DNA of 64,000 nt from Trueperaceae bacterium. Its GTDB lineage: Bacteria > Deinococcota > Deinococci > Deinococcales > Trueperaceae. A program made the translations under genes and the position numbers. The notes beneath the pieces were generated by a model. It was not told where the DNA came from, searched no databases, and was given only the letters and a program-made list of their open reading frames with translations. Shown piece by piece: positions 52,309 through 61,887 of the stretch. Where the stretch lies: contig OZ243913.1 in the NCBI GenBank assembly GCA_965213705.1, forward strand, positions 3,360,001 through 3,424,000, written 5' to 3'. Positions within the stretch are counted from its first letter, which is position 1. Every line of letters begins with the position of its first letter.

Positions 52309-52866
52309 CGGTCGTTTTAGGCTCGGGACAAACCAGAGGGCTCGAGCCCCTGTTTGATGCGGCCTTTCAGGTGCAGTTTTGACACTCTATTATGCTCACT
52401 TCAAAACTCGTCGCAAAAGGTCAGTAAAACCTCGCCCAGGTGTTGGCTAACGTCAGTTCAGGACGAGTGCTCTTTGTGCTTAGCAGCTATGACGTCCGCC
52501 TTCTCGCGCCACTGGGGCAATAGAAACTCGTCACTCATATATCTATACACATGGTCTGAATCGGGGTCGGCGTCGGCGTAGATTTTACCTGTCGTCACGT
52601 CGACATAGAGGCTGTAGCGGTGAACCATGCTCACGTCCATAAAATCAATGTCGTCACCGGCAACGGCCATGACCGCTTCGGAATCGACCGCCCGGCACTC
52701 GCCCAACTCGACGAGGTTATTCCTGTTAGGGTCGACGTAGCGGTTTTTGGCTGCAGTTTCGCGAAAGGCGAGGTAGGCGGGGTGTTCCTCCAGCAGCGGA
52801 CTCGGCTCCAGGCCCAGCGCCGTGAGTTCGGCCATGTAAAAAGCCAGGTTGTGTTCCCTGCCGCGC
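52309..52866. repeat. Copy B of the diverged ~0.5 kb direct repeat
   Basis: Starts at the same cggtcgttttaggctcggga boundary as 33001; carries a segment (RETAAKNRYVDPNRNNL) absent from copy A. Confidence 0.9.
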
Positions 52867-53029
52867 TGCGCTTCGGCTGTTCTGGTACACGCTGCGGGCG
52901 TTAGGTCGTAGTTGAGCCGTTGTCTTCGACCCACTGCCACCGCGGCACCATTCCGTGCTGACAGCGAGATTTTAGCCCTGAGCCAGCAGCCAGAGCTTGT
53001 CTGACACAGTGACGATATGTCCGGAGTTG

Positions 53030-54061
53030 TCAAATTTTTCTTGTGGATTGAGTCCAATGTACCATTGGCAGGCCCGCCACGGGTGCCCGAAAGTAGGGGA
53101 TTCGGGTTCCTCGTAGGCTGCCGATGTAGCAGGTCTTTAAGTCGGGCCCTCCAAAGGTAAGACTGGCAAACCAAGGTGCGATGGTGCCACCACACGCAAG
53201 CATGTCCTCGGGTTTAACGCGGTCTTCCGCGAAAGCTTGCCGCAGCGCCCGCGTTGCTTTCAAGTCGCCGTCGTCCAGCACAATCTGCAAGTCACCCTCC
53301 GGCGTGAGGACGAACACCTGGTCGTTCATGACAAGCGTGCCCCACAGGTTGCCATAGCTGTCAAAAGCGATGCCGTCGGGAAAGCCGCCCAAGTCGCTCG
53401 GCCCAAAGACTTCGCGGTTGTGCAGCGAACCACCCTTGCCGACGCGCATCCTGGAAATACAGGGGCCGGTCGTTTCGACGACGTAGAGAAACTCTTCTTT
53501 AGCATCTAAACGAATCTCGTTCGTGAATTTAAACCCTTCAGCCACAATGCGAATACCTTGCTCGTCAACCAGGGCGATGTAGCCGTCGGCGATGTTGGGG
53601 CTGATGGCCTGCATCCAGTTTTTGATACGGGTGGACACAGTGAGCCAGATGCGGTTTTGGCTGTCCCTCAGCACAAAGTTCACTTTGCCGATGGGGCGTC
53701 CGTCGATGCTGTCATAAAGGATTCGGGTTGCACCCGAGCGGTCCATGACCTCAAGTACGTCCGTTCCAAAGTTGGCGATAAGGATATCACCATTTTTGGC
53801 GAAGGCAAGGCCGTTGGGCAAGGTGCCCTGGGTGAAGCGCTCCGCGTCGCTACGCGCTGTTTCAAAAGCGTCACCGTGGTGCTGTGTTACGAGTGTTTGT
53901 TCACCCTCCGGCACTACTTTGACCACTCCACCGCGGGCGTCCGCCGTCCACAGCGTGCCGTCGGGCTCGGCGAGAATGCACTCGGGGCGCTGCAAGTCAT
54001 GGCCGACGTAGCGTAGAGCGGCAGGGTCGACTTGAAAGCCAAGGACTGGGTTCTTGAGCAT
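53030..54061 (-). CDS. SMP-30/gluconolactonase family protein
   Basis: RPEC, PNGLAF, NFV, FTNE, FPDGIAFD..GNLW, FGGPDLKT. Confidence 0.9.
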   Translation of the reverse strand: MLKNPVLGFQVDPAALRYVGHDLQRPECILAEPDGTLWTADARGGVVKVVPEGEQTLVTQHHGDAFETARSDAERFTQGTLPNGLAFAKNGDILIANFGTDVLEVMDRSGATRILYDSIDGRPIGKVNFVLRDSQNRIWLTVSTRIKNWMQAISPNIADGYIALVDEQGIRIVAEGFKFTNEIRLDAKEEFLYVVETTGPCISRMRVGKGGSLHNREVFGPSDLGGFPDGIAFDSYGNLWGTLVMNDQVFVLTPEGDLQIVLDDGDLKATRALRQAFAEDRVKPEDMLACGGTIAPWFASLTFGGPDLKTCYIGSLRGTRIPYFRAPVAGLPMVHWTQSTRKI

Positions 54062-54063
54062 GG

Positions 54064-55002
54064 CTAAAAGTTGACGTTCTCTTTGCCCTTGAGTTGCAAC
54101 ATCTCCCGCGCTTCGTTGGGCGTTGCGATTTCGAGGGTGAGTTCTTCGATGACGGCGCGTATCTTGGTTACGAGTTCGGCGTTGTCCTTAGCCAATCTGC
54201 CGCGGCTGATGTAAAGGTTGTCTTCGAGTCCCACCCGTACGTTCCCGCCCATCGCCGCCGCCTGGGTAGTGAAGGGAATTTGGGCACGGCCGGCCGCTAA
54301 AACCGACCAATAGTAGTCGTCACCAAAGAGTCGGTCGGCAGTTTCTTTCATGAACATCAAGCAGTGGGGGTCGGTGCCTACGCCGCCTAAAACTCCAAAT
54401 ATCGTTTGGATAAAAAAGGGTGGCTCGAGCAGACCCGAATCCACCACGTGCGCCAGGTTGTAAAGGTGGCCTACATCGTAACACTCGAGTTCAAAGCGCA
54501 CCCCATGTCCTTTTCCAAGCTTTTCGATGATAGAGCCAATATCTTTAAAGGTGTTGCGAAAAATGAAGTCGGCCGAGCTTTCGAGAAAAGGTTGTTCCCA
54601 GTCGAATTTCCAGGTGTCGAACCGGCTCGCTAGCGGGTAAAGAGCAAAGTTCATCGAGCCCAGGTTGAGCGAACACATCTCCGGCTGCGCCCTCAGGGGA
54701 CCTTGTAGGCGGTCCTCCACCGTCATGTTGAGCCCACCGCCGGTGGTGATGTTGACGACGGCGTCGGTCGCCTCTTTGATGACCGGCAGAAACTGCATAA
54801 ATACGTCTGGGTCGCCGGTCGGCATGCCCGTCTTGGGGTCTCGGGCGTGTAGGTGGACGATGGCCGCGCCCGCGTTTGCAGCGTCGACAGCTTGCTGTGC
54901 AATGTCTTCTGGCTTATAGGGCAAGGCGTCCGACATCGTCGGCGTGTGGATACCGCCGGTAATCGCGCAGCTGACAATGACCTTTTTTTGTGACTTAGCC
55001 AC
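54064..55002 (-). CDS. Beta-keto acid cleavage enzyme (BKACE/DUF849)
   Basis: CAITGGIHTPTMS, AGAAIVHLHARDP, SLNLGSMNF, RVGLEDN. Confidence 0.93.
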   Translation of the reverse strand: MAKSQKKVIVSCAITGGIHTPTMSDALPYKPEDIAQQAVDAANAGAAIVHLHARDPKTGMPTGDPDVFMQFLPVIKEATDAVVNITTGGGLNMTVEDRLQGPLRAQPEMCSLNLGSMNFALYPLASRFDTWKFDWEQPFLESSADFIFRNTFKDIGSIIEKLGKGHGVRFELECYDVGHLYNLAHVVDSGLLEPPFFIQTIFGVLGGVGTDPHCLMFMKETADRLFGDDYYWSVLAAGRAQIPFTTQAAAMGGNVRVGLEDNLYISRGRLAKDNAELVTKIRAVIEELTLEIATPNEAREMLQLKGKENVNF

Positions 55003-55011
55003 GAGGTTCTC

Positions 55012-55785
55012 CTAATCAAGAATGGCGACCGCGCGTGTCCAACCGGCGGAGGCAGCAGTAATTTTCACCGGGAAACAGGCGACCGTAAAGCAGTTTACGG
55101 GTAGCTTTTCAAGGTTGTGCAATTTTTCAATGTGGCAGTAGCCGACGTCCATGCCCGCACGATGCCCTTCCCAGATGAGGTCGGCGTTCCCTGTTTCGGC
55201 GTACTTTTTGGCGGTGTGGACGAAGGGCGCGTCCCAGCTCCAGGCGTCGGTGCCGGTAACGCGCACCCCTCGTTCCAACAAGTAAAGCGTCGCCTCGCGG
55301 CCGACGCCACAGCCGGAGGCGACATAGTCGGGTTGGCCGTATTTAGCTCCCGCCGAGGTGTTCACTACCACGATGTCGAGTGGCTTCAAATCGTGGTCGA
55401 TGCGCCGTAGTTCAGTCTCCACGTCCGCCGAGGTTGCTACGTACCCGTCCTCGAAGTGACGAAAGTCCAGCTTCACCCCGCGGCCGAAGCACCACTCGAG
55501 CGGCACCTCGTCGATGGTGACGGCGCGCTCGCCGCCGTTCATGGTGGAGTGGTAATGATAGGGTGCGTCCAGGTGCGTGCCGTTGTGGGTAAAGACAGAC
55601 AGCTGTTCGATGGCCCAGGCCTCGCCGCCGGGGAGGTCGTCCTGAGTGAGGCCGGGAAAGAAGGGTAAAAGCTGCCCGACGGTCTGCTGGTGGTCCAGGT
55701 AGGTCACTTTAGGAGCGAAACCGGGCGGGTCGGCGGGAACGTCGTTCTCAATCGGGACGGATAGGTCGATAATCTGTCGTGTCAT
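55012..55785 (-). CDS. Cyclase family (kynurenine formamidase-like) metal hydrolase
   Basis: HNGTHLDAP, GTDAWSWD, HIEKL, AGWTRAVA. Confidence 0.92.
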   Translation of the reverse strand: MTRQIIDLSVPIENDVPADPPGFAPKVTYLDHQQTVGQLLPFFPGLTQDDLPGGEAWAIEQLSVFTHNGTHLDAPYHYHSTMNGGERAVTIDEVPLEWCFGRGVKLDFRHFEDGYVATSADVETELRRIDHDLKPLDIVVVNTSAGAKYGQPDYVASGCGVGREATLYLLERGVRVTGTDAWSWDAPFVHTAKKYAETGNADLIWEGHRAGMDVGYCHIEKLHNLEKLPVNCFTVACFPVKITAASAGWTRAVAILD

Positions 55786-55803
55786 GGCTTCAGCCGGGGG
55801 TGG

Positions 55804-56412
55804 TCAACCACCGGCGTTCGTCACCTCCTCGTGCTTGCCCACTTCCCAACCGCGCCCTGCCAACTCTTCTTTGCCAAAACGTAGAGGAGAAGCCTCGAGT
55901 TCCGTGGCGAGCGTGTCGTTCCAGCGGTTCAGAAAGCCGTAGAGCGAGATGACCGCTACGATTTCAACAATCTGTTCCGTGCTGTAGTGTTTCTTCAGTT
56001 CGTCAAAGTCGGCGTCCGTTACCGCGTTTGGGCTCAAGCCTGCCCCATGCGCGAGTTTAAGAGCGGCGCTTTCGGCGCTGGTAAATAGAGGGCTCGTTTC
56101 GTACTCAAAAATACCGTCCACCTTTTCAGCCGCCACCCCGAGGTGATGAGCGCTGTGGGCGGTATGGGCCTGGCAGTAGCGGCAACCCGCGGCGTTGCTG
56201 ACCATGTTGGCTACCAACCACTTTAGCGAGACCGGCACCTCGCCTGGCGAGAGCACAGTCTGCGCAAGTTTGGCGGCTGCGTCCAGCAAGTCCGCCTTGT
56301 GCGCCATCGTGAGCATGCTGTTAGGTAAAAAGCCCATGACGTTTTCGAAGTGCTCGAACAAAGGTTCAGCTTGGGGTACGTCCTTTCGGTGGACGGTGGG
56401 CAATCTGGGCAT
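55804..56412 (-). CDS. AhpD/carboxymuconolactone decarboxylase family protein
   Basis: GFLPNS, GCRYCQAH (CxxC), FLNRWND. Confidence 0.88.
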   Translation of the reverse strand: MPRLPTVHRKDVPQAEPLFEHFENVMGFLPNSMLTMAHKADLLDAAAKLAQTVLSPGEVPVSLKWLVANMVSNAAGCRYCQAHTAHSAHHLGVAAEKVDGIFEYETSPLFTSAESAALKLAHGAGLSPNAVTDADFDELKKHYSTEQIVEIVAVISLYGFLNRWNDTLATELEASPLRFGKEELAGRGWEVGKHEEVTNAGG

Positions 56413-56421
56413 AAAGCTCCT

Positions 56422-57729
56422 TTAAATGAGCGCAAGGCTAAGCCAAGGAAAAGCGATGACGATGCCCAGCACGACGAGCATGATGAACGCAAACGGTGCG
56501 GCCCCGGCGAAGATGCTGTTGAGGGAAACGCTCTGGTCGTCGAGCGTCCCTTTGATGACGTAAATGGCGATGCCGAGAGGCGGTGTGAGCAGCCCGATTT
56601 CGATAGCGATAACGGTAACGATGCCGAACCAGATAAGGTTGATGCCGAGTTGCGCGGCGATGGGCAGCACCAACGGCAACACCACGAGCATGATGGAGGA
56701 CGAATCGAGAATGGTTCCCATAAGGATGAGGATGAGAACGTAGAGAGCGATAAAGCCATAAATGCCGAGGCTGGCCCCAATCACCCAAGACGCGACGAAG
56801 TTGGGTAGACCCGAAAGCGCCAGCATGCGGCTGTACATGCTGGCTGCAATGATGAGAAAGCAAATCGACGCGGTGATGTGACCCGTTTCCGTGGTAACTT
56901 TCCAAAGCGCACGCCAGGGCAGGCGGCGTTTGGCAAAGGCGATAAGAATCGCGCCGAAAGCGCCCACCGCGCCCGCCTCGGTGGGGGTGAAAAAGCCGCC
57001 GTAGATGCCGCCCAACACCAGGGCGATGAGGACAAAAATGGGAAACACTTTGCCGAAGGTTTTGCCGAGCCCGAGTGGCGCAAGCTCGGCCGCGCCGCTC
57101 ACCTCCCCTACAAAGCCGGGCCACCGGTAAGCCATGACGACGATGGCGACCGAGTAGGCGAGGGTAAGCACTAGGCCAGGCAAGATGCCCGCGATAAACA
57201 GCGAGCCAACACTCTGTTCAGACAGAACGCCGTAAAGGATGAGAAGCAAGCTCGGCGGGATGAGCATGCCGAGCACAGAACTGCCCGCGACCACGCCCAC
57301 CGCGAAGCGCGGCCGGTAGCCGCTGCGGCGCATCTCCGGCACGGCGACGCGGGTGAAAATGGCCGCCGAAGCTATGGAAATGCCGGTGATGGCGGCGAAA
57401 ATCGCGTTGGCGATAACGGTGGCAATGCCGAGCCCGCCCTTGAGACGGCCAAAGGTACGACTCGCCACGTCGAAAGCGTCGGTGCCCAAGCCAGCCTCGC
57501 TCACCACCAAACCCATGAGAACAAATAGGGGCACCACCCCGAAGATGTAGCTCGAGATGCTCTCTTCCGCCGCGATGGCTATAAGGCGACTGGCAAGCTC
57601 GCTCGAGTCGCGCAGCAGCCACACGCCGACGAATGAGGTCAAGGCCAGCGCCGTGGGCACGTGCAGGCCCGCGTAGATCAGCACGACCATGACCCCTAAA
57701 GAGATGAAGCCGATTTCAAGGCCGGTCAT
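56422..57729 (-). CDS. dctM: TRAP large permease DctM
   Basis: VPLFVLMG, LGMLIPPS, FTPTEAGA, GLLTPPLG. Confidence 0.92.
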   Translation of the reverse strand: MTGLEIGFISLGVMVVLIYAGLHVPTALALTSFVGVWLLRDSSELASRLIAIAAEESISSYIFGVVPLFVLMGLVVSEAGLGTDAFDVASRTFGRLKGGLGIATVIANAIFAAITGISIASAAIFTRVAVPEMRRSGYRPRFAVGVVAGSSVLGMLIPPSLLLILYGVLSEQSVGSLFIAGILPGLVLTLAYSVAIVVMAYRWPGFVGEVSGAAELAPLGLGKTFGKVFPIFVLIALVLGGIYGGFFTPTEAGAVGAFGAILIAFAKRRLPWRALWKVTTETGHITASICFLIIAASMYSRMLALSGLPNFVASWVIGASLGIYGFIALYVLILILMGTILDSSSIMLVVLPLVLPIAAQLGINLIWFGIVTVIAIEIGLLTPPLGIAIYVIKGTLDDQSVSLNSIFAGAAPFAFIMLVVLGIVIAFPWLSLALI

Positions 57730-58273
57730 GCGCCGCCTCAACGGGTTGAAACAGTAACAATAAACTCATAACGGCGTTGATGAGAAATTGCAAAGCAAGC
57801 GCGGCCGCGCCGACAATCAAAATGAGCTTGATGGGCCAGGTCGGGGCGGTGAAGTGGCCGACCGCTCCCACAAACTCGCCCCGCTGCAAAGCCGTTACAA
57901 AGCGCGGGTAGCTGGCAGCAAAAATGACGTAAGCGATGTAGGCACCTGCTAAGTTGAAGACCAGCTCGAGCGCGAACCCCACCTTGGGCAGTCGCTTGCC
58001 AAAGATGTTGAGCAACATGTCTGAACGCGTCATGCGCCCGGCGCGTAACGTGCTGGCAAGCTGCAAAAACACTATGCCCACAATCGACAGGCTTACCAGT
58101 TCCGGCACGCCCGCGATGGGCCTACCAAAAAACGAGCGCCCCGCCACGTCCGCACAGATCAGCAGCATGAGGCCGAGGATCCACATTGTTCCGAGCGCGT
58201 TGAGTACCTCGGTAAGAAAGTCGAACACCTTGACGACCCGGTCGAAGGGCGGCCAGACGGGGCGATTGGTCAT
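57716..58273 (-). CDS. dctQ: TRAP small permease DctQ
   Basis: ADVAGRSFFGRPIAGVPEL; four TM segments. Confidence 0.88.
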   Translation of the reverse strand: MTNRPVWPPFDRVVKVFDFLTEVLNALGTMWILGLMLLICADVAGRSFFGRPIAGVPELVSLSIVGIVFLQLASTLRAGRMTRSDMLLNIFGKRLPKVGFALELVFNLAGAYIAYVIFAASYPRFVTALQRGEFVGAVGHFTAPTWPIKLILIVGAAALALQFLINAVMSLLLLFQPVEAAHDRP

Positions 58274-58389
58274 GAAGCGTAAGGGTGTAGGGAATGAAAG
58301 GCGTAGGGATTAACGGGTTTTACGCTTTCGCGCCCCCACCCTCTATTTTTCCGTCGCACCACCGAACTCGAGAGCACCTAAGGTGACCG

Positions 58390-59436
58390 CTACTCCTGGT
58401 CCCAGTTGCGCGGCACGTCCGCGCCAACGTCGCGTAGGCCCTGCATGAACGCGCTTAAAACTTCGGTACCCGGCAAGCCTTGAGTATCGAGGCCGTCCGC
58501 CCACTCTCTAGGGACGTTGGGCAGCGCTGCCGCCCAGCTTGCCCGCAGCTCCGCTGGGGCTTGCGTTACGGTCGCTCCCGCGTCGGCCATCGTTTGCAGT
58601 GAAGCCTCGGTGCGGGCAATAAGAGCCTCGGCAAAAGCTTTACCGTAGGCGTCTGCACCAGCGCGGAGTGCGTCTTGAACCTCCTGGGGTTGGGCGTCGA
58701 ACCATGATTTATTTGCGACGACGCTGCCGGCGTACTGGGCACCGAAGTCCATCAGGGTGATAAACGGGGCGACTTCTTGCAATTTGGCAGGTGCGGCGGC
58801 GGTGCCGAACACGATGACGCCATCGTACACGCCGGTTTGGATGTCGTTGTAGTAGGTGGTGAGGTTGCCCGACACGCCGACCGCGCCGGTCCCGTCGAGC
58901 CAGTTCACCGCTGCACCTGGTGCGCCGACTTTTTTGCCTTTGAGGTCGTCCAGCGAAGTAACTGGAAAGGTTGTCATGAGCAGATAATTGTCGAGCGAAA
59001 AGCCTGCCCCCAGGTACTCCATATCGTATTTTTCGTAGGACTCTTTCAGGGCGGGTATGGTTTCGTGAAGGTTGGTCATAATGTCGGCAACTACGGTCGG
59101 GTCGGGCGAGCCGAACGGGGACACGTAGGTGACGTTTTGTAGGGGTAAATTTGAGGGTTCAAAAACGGTGGGAACGATGCCGACTTCGGCGAGTCCTGCC
59201 TCGAGAGCTTCCAACTCCCCACCGACCGGCGCGAGCGAACCACCGTAGAACTCGCTCCAGTTGATCGTGTAGCCGCTGCCTTCGAGGGCGGCATTCACGG
59301 TTGGAATTAGCGTTTCCGTCAACTCTTGCACCCATAGGAAAACAGGCGGGTGGCCGTTCACGACATTGACCTCGATGGTTTGTTGTGCAAAAGCGGCGCT
59401 GTAAAACAGGGTAACCAGTAAAATCAGGCGTTTCAT
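58390..59436 (-). CDS. dctP: TRAP substrate-binding protein DctP
   Basis: Signal peptide MKRLILLV..AFAQ, YGGSL, DLKGKK, IQTGVYDG; AGGAGG RBS. Confidence 0.9.
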   Translation of the reverse strand: MKRLILLVTLFYSAAFAQQTIEVNVVNGHPPVFLWVQELTETLIPTVNAALEGSGYTINWSEFYGGSLAPVGGELEALEAGLAEVGIVPTVFEPSNLPLQNVTYVSPFGSPDPTVVADIMTNLHETIPALKESYEKYDMEYLGAGFSLDNYLLMTTFPVTSLDDLKGKKVGAPGAAVNWLDGTGAVGVSGNLTTYYNDIQTGVYDGVIVFGTAAAPAKLQEVAPFITLMDFGAQYAGSVVANKSWFDAQPQEVQDALRAGADAYGKAFAEALIARTEASLQTMADAGATVTQAPAELRASWAAALPNVPREWADGLDTQGLPGTEVLSAFMQGLRDVGADVPRNWDQE

Positions 59437-59489
59437 GACTTTCCTCCTTGAGCTGAGTGGTGAACTAGCATAGGCCGCTAAAAGGTGAG

Positions 59490-60353
59490 TTACGGCAGCC
59501 CCCTTTCTTGCAAAAGAGCAACGTCGAGCCCACCCTCCGTCACGTCGAGCAACATCTCCAAAGCTTGACCGTAGCGGCGGCGCAACAGCTCGCCCACGTC
59601 GAAGTAAAGTTTGTTGATGTAGATGTCGTGCCGAATGTAGTTGGCGACTGTGCGCACAACAGCCTGGTTCGCAGTCCATACCCCCGTCCATTCATCACCC
59701 TGCGAACCGTCCATCATGAGGGTGGCTTCATCATCTACGACCAAACTCGCCTGGTGGCCGTGCCGCAGGTAGGTAGTGGAGAGCGTAGCGTGGGGAAACA
59801 AGTGCAGGCTGGGGTGGCTTTTTAAAGGTCCAAGCAAGCTCAAGCAGGTCTCTAACGGCGCGAAGACGATCGTCGAGACAACGACTTTCCGGTTCAGGGC
59901 CGCCTCGAGTGCCGCGCTTAATCGCTTGAATTCGCTCGGCCAGGCACTTAAAAGAACAGTGGTTTGAGCGGCTTCGATGAGGGTGTTGGCCCGCTGCAAC
60001 GTCGCCTCTAACCCTTTGCCATGCCACAGAAGCTCGCCTTGGACGCGCTGCAACTGCTTTTTGACGGTTGAGCGTAACAGTTCGCTGACCTCGCCGAGGC
60101 GAGCGTGGCGTTCGCTTAGAAACTCTTCCAAAGGCAGGGGAACATATTCCTTTGTGTTTGCCACCGGCGCGATCAGGCCGCGTCCGGCGAGGCGCTCAAG
60201 TCCTTCATACACCTTGGCAGAGGGGACCCCTGATGTTTTCGAGATTTGGTAGCCGTTGGCCGGGTTGTGTGCCAGCAGGCCCAGATAGATTTTCGCCTCT
60301 GTCAGGGTAAGGCCAAGCTCTTGCAAAGCCACGACAGACTCTTCCAATGCCAT
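59490..60353 (-). CDS. TrmB family transcriptional regulator
   Basis: LGLTLTEAKIYLGLL, SGVPSAKVYE..LERL; PLD-like effector domain. Confidence 0.9.
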   Translation of the reverse strand: MALEESVVALQELGLTLTEAKIYLGLLAHNPANGYQISKTSGVPSAKVYEGLERLAGRGLIAPVANTKEYVPLPLEEFLSERHARLGEVSELLRSTVKKQLQRVQGELLWHGKGLEATLQRANTLIEAAQTTVLLSAWPSEFKRLSAALEAALNRKVVVSTIVFAPLETCLSLLGPLKSHPSLHLFPHATLSTTYLRHGHQASLVVDDEATLMMDGSQGDEWTGVWTANQAVVRTVANYIRHDIYINKLYFDVGELLRRRYGQALEMLLDVTEGGLDVALLQERGLP

Positions 60354-60474
60354 AGTAACTACTCCAGTAGTCTATAAATTGAGCCAGTGTACTTCATGAC
60401 CTGTCGATTGTGCAAGTAGCGGTTCAACCCACTCACTCGACTCTTGGGTTCGTAGCTCATTGTAGGGTGGGCGC

Positions 60475-60590
60475 GTGTCCGCCCCAATGCACAACCCGTA
60501 CTTGCGACGTTGGGATCCTAGAAAAGCAGAAACCTACTATGAGCACCGAGCCGTCACCGAGTGGAAGCTGGGACGATATCGGGCGGCAGG
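60475..60590 (+). pseudogene. Possible HNH endonuclease fragment
   Basis: YYEHRAVTEWKLGRY resembles the EHRLV.E..LGR.L segment of HNH nucleases; the rest is absent. Confidence 0.35.
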
Positions 60591-60969
60591 ACAAGGTACG
60601 ACGGACGAACTCAATAAGGTAGAAGTATCGAGCGTAATCAAGGGTCGTCGTACCTAAGTTCCCAGTCGGACGCCGAAGGGTCGTCACAGCCAAGAACCCG
60701 ATCTTTACTTCTGGGCAAAAAATCCTCGTTGTTCTCAACATCACGCTTCGTTTCACCTCTTGGACCTCTCAACAATCAGCTTGGGGCTCAACCCTCAAGA
60801 CGGTTACAGACTAAAGCTTGGGAATAATGAGAATAGACTAAGTTTTCCGCCTCTGTACTCTTCTTTTGCCTTCTCAACCTTTCCGGCACGTTTGCTTAAT
60901 TCTTGGGAACTCGTGCATAAAATGGGTAACTGAGTTACAATCCCTTCATTCAACCTGGAGGGAACGACT

Positions 60970-61872
60970 ATGTCTGAAGGCCGCTGGCAAATCCTTACCG
61001 AAGCGCAAGCGCAGCAGTTTGTTGAAAAGGGCTACATCACGCTGAAAAACTGTTTCAGCAGGGACATCGCCGCCGTATGGACAGCTCAAGCTTTTGAGCG
61101 TTTAGGCTACGACCCGGACGACGCGAGCACCTGGGAGGAACCTATCGTCTGGCTGGACCATCACAGCAAAATGCCCGTGCAGGAATTGGCCCCCGACGCT
61201 TGGAACGCTATCTGCGACGTCGTCGGCGGCGAAGACCGCATCGACGGGACGACCCGCTACATCGAGTCCAAACACTTTACACGCATAGAACCGTTCACCT
61301 GGTCGGACTCGTTCGTGGTGAATTTTCGCAAAGGGGCGGACCAACCGTGGCAGCCCCCCTCGGCGGCGCACAAGGGTTGGCACAAAGACGGCTCGTTCTT
61401 CCGACACTTTTTAGACAGTTGGGAGCAAGCGCTGCTGGTCATCGTCATCTGGTCGGACATAGCGCCCCAGGGCGGCGGCACCTTTATCGCGCCCGATTCG
61501 TTAGAGGTGATGGCGCAGTATTTCCTCGAGCACCCCGAAGGCGTCAACCCTAAAGACTTCGACTTTCAGGATTTGGTTTCTCGCTGCAACAACTTTGTAG
61601 AGGTGACGGGCGAGGTCGGCGACGTCATCATCATGCACCCGTTCATGCTGCACGCCTCGTCGCCGAACCATTCGGGCAAGGTGCGTTTTATTACCAACCC
61701 GCCCGTGATTTTGAAAGAACCTCTAAATTTAAACCGTGACAACGAGGAGGATTTCTCGCTGTTGGAACGGACGACCTTGCACGCGCTGGGCGTGGAGCGC
61801 CTCGAGTTTAAGCCGACGCACCCTCGAGAAAATGCCTTTTTGCCCGAGGCACCCAAAGCCCGTCATGCTTGA
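60970..61872 (+). CDS. PhyH-like Fe(II)/2-oxoglutarate dioxygenase family protein
   Basis: QFVEKGY, WHKDG (HxD), GGGT, GDVIIMHPFMLH. Confidence 0.82.
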   Translation: MSEGRWQILTEAQAQQFVEKGYITLKNCFSRDIAAVWTAQAFERLGYDPDDASTWEEPIVWLDHHSKMPVQELAPDAWNAICDVVGGEDRIDGTTRYIESKHFTRIEPFTWSDSFVVNFRKGADQPWQPPSAAHKGWHKDGSFFRHFLDSWEQALLVIVIWSDIAPQGGGTFIAPDSLEVMAQYFLEHPEGVNPKDFDFQDLVSRCNNFVEVTGEVGDVIIMHPFMLHASSPNHSGKVRFITNPPVILKEPLNLNRDNEEDFSLLERTTLHALGVERLEFKPTHPRENAFLPEAPKARHA

Positions 61873-61887
61873 CATGAGGACGCGTTC

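Noticed and set aside
52870..53195. 245-aa ORF 52458-53195 as an intact gene
   Set aside because: Its 5' part overlaps the lactonase in another frame; only the 3' portion matches the duplicated relic
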